NCBI GenBank assembly: GCA_002189035.1
Contig: NEEC01000030.1
Location: forward strand, 62,001-126,000
Length of the DNA: 64,000 nucleotides
Source of the DNA: Utricularia gibba
Taxonomy: Eukaryota > Plantae > Magnoliophyta
Direction of reading: 5' to 3'
This document shows, in pieces, positions 59,732-64,000 of the stretch. Each line of letters starts with the position of its first letter. Position 1 is the stretch's first letter. The notes below the pieces were generated by a model. The model saw nothing but the letters and a program-made list of their open reading frames with translations, searched no databases and had not been told where the DNA came from. Made by a program: the position numbers and the translations under genes.

Positions 59732-62700
59732 TAATAAGTGATTTTGTGTCACTTATATTTATATTTTTAAAAATCTTTTAAATTGATTTTGCATCCATTT
59801 TATTTTACTTCCCTTATATTTTTAAATAATTTTTATACGTTTCATATCACTTTAATTTTTTTGATAAAAATTATGTTTTGTGATTTTTTAAAAGGATTTT
59901 AGCCAACATTAAAGGAGATTCGAGTTGACTTTTATATGGGTAAATATTTGATCTATCAAATAAAGTCCCAATTATATCATATTGCAAATCTTATCTTAGA
60001 AGATTCAAACACAATATTTGATACAAACTCATCAAAGAAGCGTAGCAAATTTAAACCATTATATAACAACCAATGCCCAGAGACCGGAGTCACTAAGTCA
60101 ATCTTAGAGTCTAGAGTCGAGTCTTGTATCTTTGGATTGATTTTATGTCATTTTTCATCAATTTTTATGTGTAAGATTCAAGCATGTGCGTATGAGTGCT
60201 TACGGTTAAGAATCTACAGTGAAGTATTGCTTATGCAAGCATGTATAGTTATTTTACTATGTTCTTCGACATTTAATTTGAAGTTTGATTATCTTTTTTG
60301 TAATGTTTTCTTTATGAATGTGTTCTTTTATACCACATAATCCCAACGGAGTGTGGGATAATTTAAGGTTGGCCTCAAGCATCTAAGGAGAAAAATTTAA
60401 TCGTACATCGTTGGTAAGACACATTCTATCTAACCTATCTATGAGGTGTGAGGTGTAGAGGTTAAATTTGATGTGTGGAAAAATGGGTTATCATATGAAG
60501 TGAAACGACTCTGATGGCATAGTTGATTCTATAATCCTACTAAATACGGGATGGTGCTATAATGGTTTATGAGTAGTACAATTTTAAAATAATACCCACA
60601 GAACTTGCCTAAATAATTCAGTTTTAAAGGTTTACATACGCAAGTATGGGCGAGTTTTGAGTAAGGTGGATCTTAATTCCAAAGTCATTTTTATATTATT
60701 TTTAAAAACAAACGCTTGTCTTGTTTTCGGTTTTTTTGAGTTCATTTATTTATAAGAAAATTTCAATAACAATTCTCTGTACATATAATCTTATTTTATT
60801 ACATTGATGATTTCTATGCAGTTGTAGAATTACCATTAATACACTATTAAAAAAAACTCCCATTCTATAAAAATAGTTGGTCTTAGTCTAGGGTAGAACT
60901 TGTAGAATCGAGTAGACCTAATTGCATAGTGGGTAATAATATTGGGGACTATCTTAGCCGAAAAACATGATAAATGACCTGGGTAAACTTAGGTTGTTTG
61001 GAGTTATGAGTATAGGAATACGGTAAATTAAGTTAGACATCTTAGCACCATATCACCTGAATTAAGTTAAGACATCTTAGTATCACACGCATACTTAGAA
61101 CCAGCACTTGTTATTTTCTGCTTTGCAACTTGATCTTAATTAACGAGTTTTTTTGTTATTGTTAGTTTGAGCTTAGACTAAGAACAACGTTCATTCTGAA
61201 TTTTGCATTTGTTAAAAAAGTTTGCAAGCACCAGCTCCTTGTGATTTACCCCGAAATCCACTATACAAATTTTCTAAATTTGTATTTTGTGTAGATTAGG
61301 ACTTATAAATTTATTTGATACGAAGATTTCATTTCTTGCAATGATTTTAAAAAATTTTCGTTTATCAAATTGGCGGCGTTGCCGGGGAGCAGTGTTTAAT
61401 TGTTTTGTGTTTTGGTTGATGTATTCACGTTCTTCTGGTGCAGGTAATCTTATTTTTTATACAGAAATCAAGAAAGCTATTAGTAAGCCCAAGAAGAAAG
61501 TGAGGGAAGCAAGCAATTTGAGGTAGCTCCCAACCAAGACTAACAGTGATTTCGGAATGGCTGAACCTGGAAGATCCTGAATGAATTAGATGTTGATGAT
61601 CACACTTACAGGGATCTATGCTTCAGATTTCCAAAGGATGGAGCAAGTAGGCTTAAACCAACAATGATTAATGTCTTGACTAAGTTCTATGGCAAGATTG
61701 GAGAGAATCCCCATGAGCATCTAAATAATATGACAGTGATATGTACTTCGTTCAAAGGAGCTGGAATGACTGAAGATTCAATCTGTTTGAGAGCCTTCTA
61801 ATTTAATTTAAAAGGAGGAGCTAAAGCGTGGTTCAACTCACTAAGGCATTGAAGCATCAAAGATTGAGCTAGAATGAAGAAAGTGTTTTTGAGCAAATAT
61901 TTGCAAGCTTTCAAGGCTAAGGGGATAAGAAAAGAGATTAGTGATGTTGAACCATCTCAACCCAAGCAAAACCCAAATTCTAGTGGAGAGTCGAATATTA
62001 GTGCCATGACTTCGAGGAATGGAAAAGAGAAAACTGGACGAGAATTGGTCTAAACTAAGACTAAGGATAACGAGATAGATGATTACGAAGTTGTCATGCA
62101 AAGTGAAAACGAAGTTTAAGTACTTCTAGAACCTATCATGGTGAAGGTGACCCAACCTCCTTTTCCAGGAAGGCTGAAGTTGAGAGAAGAGCAAAACGAA
62201 AAGGAGAAAATGTTTAAAGCATTGGGAAACACGAAGTTGAATTTAACCCTCTTGGAGTATATTAATCTTGTGCCAAAGAGTGTTAAATATTTGAAGTAGC
62301 TATGTATGTCTAAACCCAAGCTCAAAGAGAAGGGAAAGGTGAGATTGAGTGAAAGGTGCTCAGTGCTTCTCACATGTACGTTTGTGCATCAAAAGAGCTA
62401 TGTTAGACATTGGTGCTTCTATAAATATCATGCCAAATTCTGTCTATCACTTAAGTTGGGACCTTTGCAAACATCGGGTGTGTAAATTGAATTGGCAAAC
62501 ATCGGGTGTGTAAATTGAATTGATTTCTCCCAAAGACTTGGTGGAGGATGTTTTAGTGAAAACTGAGCACTTGGTATTATTAATGTGAAGATGGTTTATA
62601 TGGTGAGCATGTCCATTAGAGGATCAAAGGACATGACAATCATCTCAGGGAGACCATTTTTGAGCACTTCAAACGCTATCATTATGTGAAGATGGTGACG

Positions 62701-64000
62701 ATTGAGCTTTCTTTTGATGAAGACAAAATCACACTCGACATGAAGAATGCGAAAATTATCCCATTGATTTTGAGAGCATTTGTGTAGTAGATATGATGTA
62801 TGGACTCATTGAGGAGACTTGGAAAAAGAAATTTAGGAAAAAGAAGAGGCTCATGAAGAATCTCTACTTGCGAAACTAGAAGGTGAAGAAAAATTTGATC
62901 AACTGAACGTGGTGCAAGCCAAGACTCAAGAAGAGAGGTTAGTTGAATCGAAACCATTGCCTACTCATTTAAAATATGTTTTTCTTGATGCAGAGTTCAT
63001 GAACCCTGTTTTCATTTCCATTGGTCTAAGCTTAGACCAAGAGTCACGACTTCTCGAAGTGCTGAACAGAAACAGAAGGCAGTAGATTGGATGCTTGATG
63101 ACATTGAAGGGATATATGCTCATCCATATACATGCACAAAATTTTTCTACAGGATGGAGCTAAACTAGTTCATCAACCTCAAAGACACCTCAACCCAAAC
63201 ATGATGGAGGTGGTAAGAAAAGAAATTATTAAACTTAATGATGCAGGGATTATTTACTCTATCACAGATAATGAATATCTGAGCCCCATTCATGTTGTGC
63301 CAAAAAAGACTGAGATGACTATGGTGGAAAATGAGAGAGGCAAACTTGTTCCACAAAGGGTGCAAAATGGATGGCGCGTTTACATATATTACCAAAAATT
63401 AAATGAAGTGACAAAGAAAGACCATTATCCTTTGTCTTTTATTGATTAGATGATGGAAAAATTGGTTAGAAAATCATTTTATTGTTTTTTGGATGGATAT
63501 TCTAGATATAATCAAGCTCTTATTTTAGGACATGAACAAGATAAGACAGCCTTCATGTACTCATTTGGAACTTATGCTTATAGGAGGACGCCTTTCGAAT
63601 TGTGTAATGCCCCAGCTACATTTCAGAGGTGCATGACTAGTATTTTCTCCAATTTCAGTGAGGATTTTATTGAAATATTTATGGATTGAAAAGAACCTGG
63701 TTTTAAATTCTGAAAAATGTCATTTTATGGTGGACTATGAAATTGTTTTAGGGCATGTGATTTCTAAAAAGGGAATTGAAGTGGATAAAGCGAAAATTGA
63801 GATTATGTCTAAGCTTCCTTATCCTATTTATATAAAAGGTATTAGATCATTTTTAGGACATGATTGTTTTTATATGAGATTTATTAAGAATTTTTCAAAA
63901 ATTGCTTTACCTCTTAGTAGGTTGTTGCATCATGATGTAGCCTTTGATTTTGATGATTCATGTAAGTATACTTTTAATTCTTTGAAAAAGGCTATTACTA
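59732..64000 (+). mobile_element. Decayed Athila-type Ty3/gypsy: ~1.6 kb 5' LTR, PBS-Asp, degenerate gag/PR/RT (runs off the window)
   Basis: The LTR ends ...TTTATCA at 61367, followed by PBS TGGCGGCGTTGCCGGGGA at 61371-61388. gag-like LKPTMINVLTKFYGKIGENPHEHL; RT QRHLNPNMMEVVRKEIIKLNDAGIIY, KDHYPLSFID, FLDGYSRYNQ. The LTR start at 59732 (TAATAAGTG) is tentative. Confidence 0.85.
62467..62522 (+). repeat. Perfect 28-bp tandem duplication in the Athila protease region
   Basis: GCAAACATCGGGTGTGTAAATTGAATTG twice. Confidence 0.9.

Noticed and set aside
1-64000. CRISPR arrays, rRNA, telomeric or satellite arrays, prokaryote-style operons
   Set aside because: None seen. The sequence is eukaryotic with spliceosomal introns, and its repeats are explained by LTR elements and the inverted duplication.

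Overview
Eudicot plant genomic DNA, mostly LTR-retrotransposon-derived, around a small island of intact genes. Intact genes: an SLX9/FAM207A-like ribosome biogenesis gene (44504-45467 +), a plastid D-3-phosphoglycerate dehydrogenase (PGDH, 45683-48120 -) and a SASA/CE6-type carbohydrate esterase (48364-49191 -). The window opens with a disabled VPS13 gene fragment (to about 3180). The dominant structure is a ~35.7 kb inverted duplication. Its arms (10130-23356 and 32630-45804, ~13.2 kb each, mirror coordinates summing to 55934) look near-identical and flank a ~9.3 kb spacer. It creates a second intact-looking SLX9-like gene and a stranded PGDH 3' tail. The outer junction is a 3-bp microhomology, and the inner end grades into a ~91% identical pair of inverted CRM copies. 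Retroelements: a full-length Tat/Retand gypsy (49598-59711, TSD TACTC) whose 3' region holds a complete antisense gene architecture (TATA box, 5'UTR intron, two frame-preserving introns); a second, decayed Retand copy; two CRM chromovirus families; a Ty1/copia with identical LTRs but no TSD and three zinc knuckles; a 175-bp solo LTR with TSD; and a decayed Athila at the right end. All alignments were done by eye, so identities are spot-check estimates.
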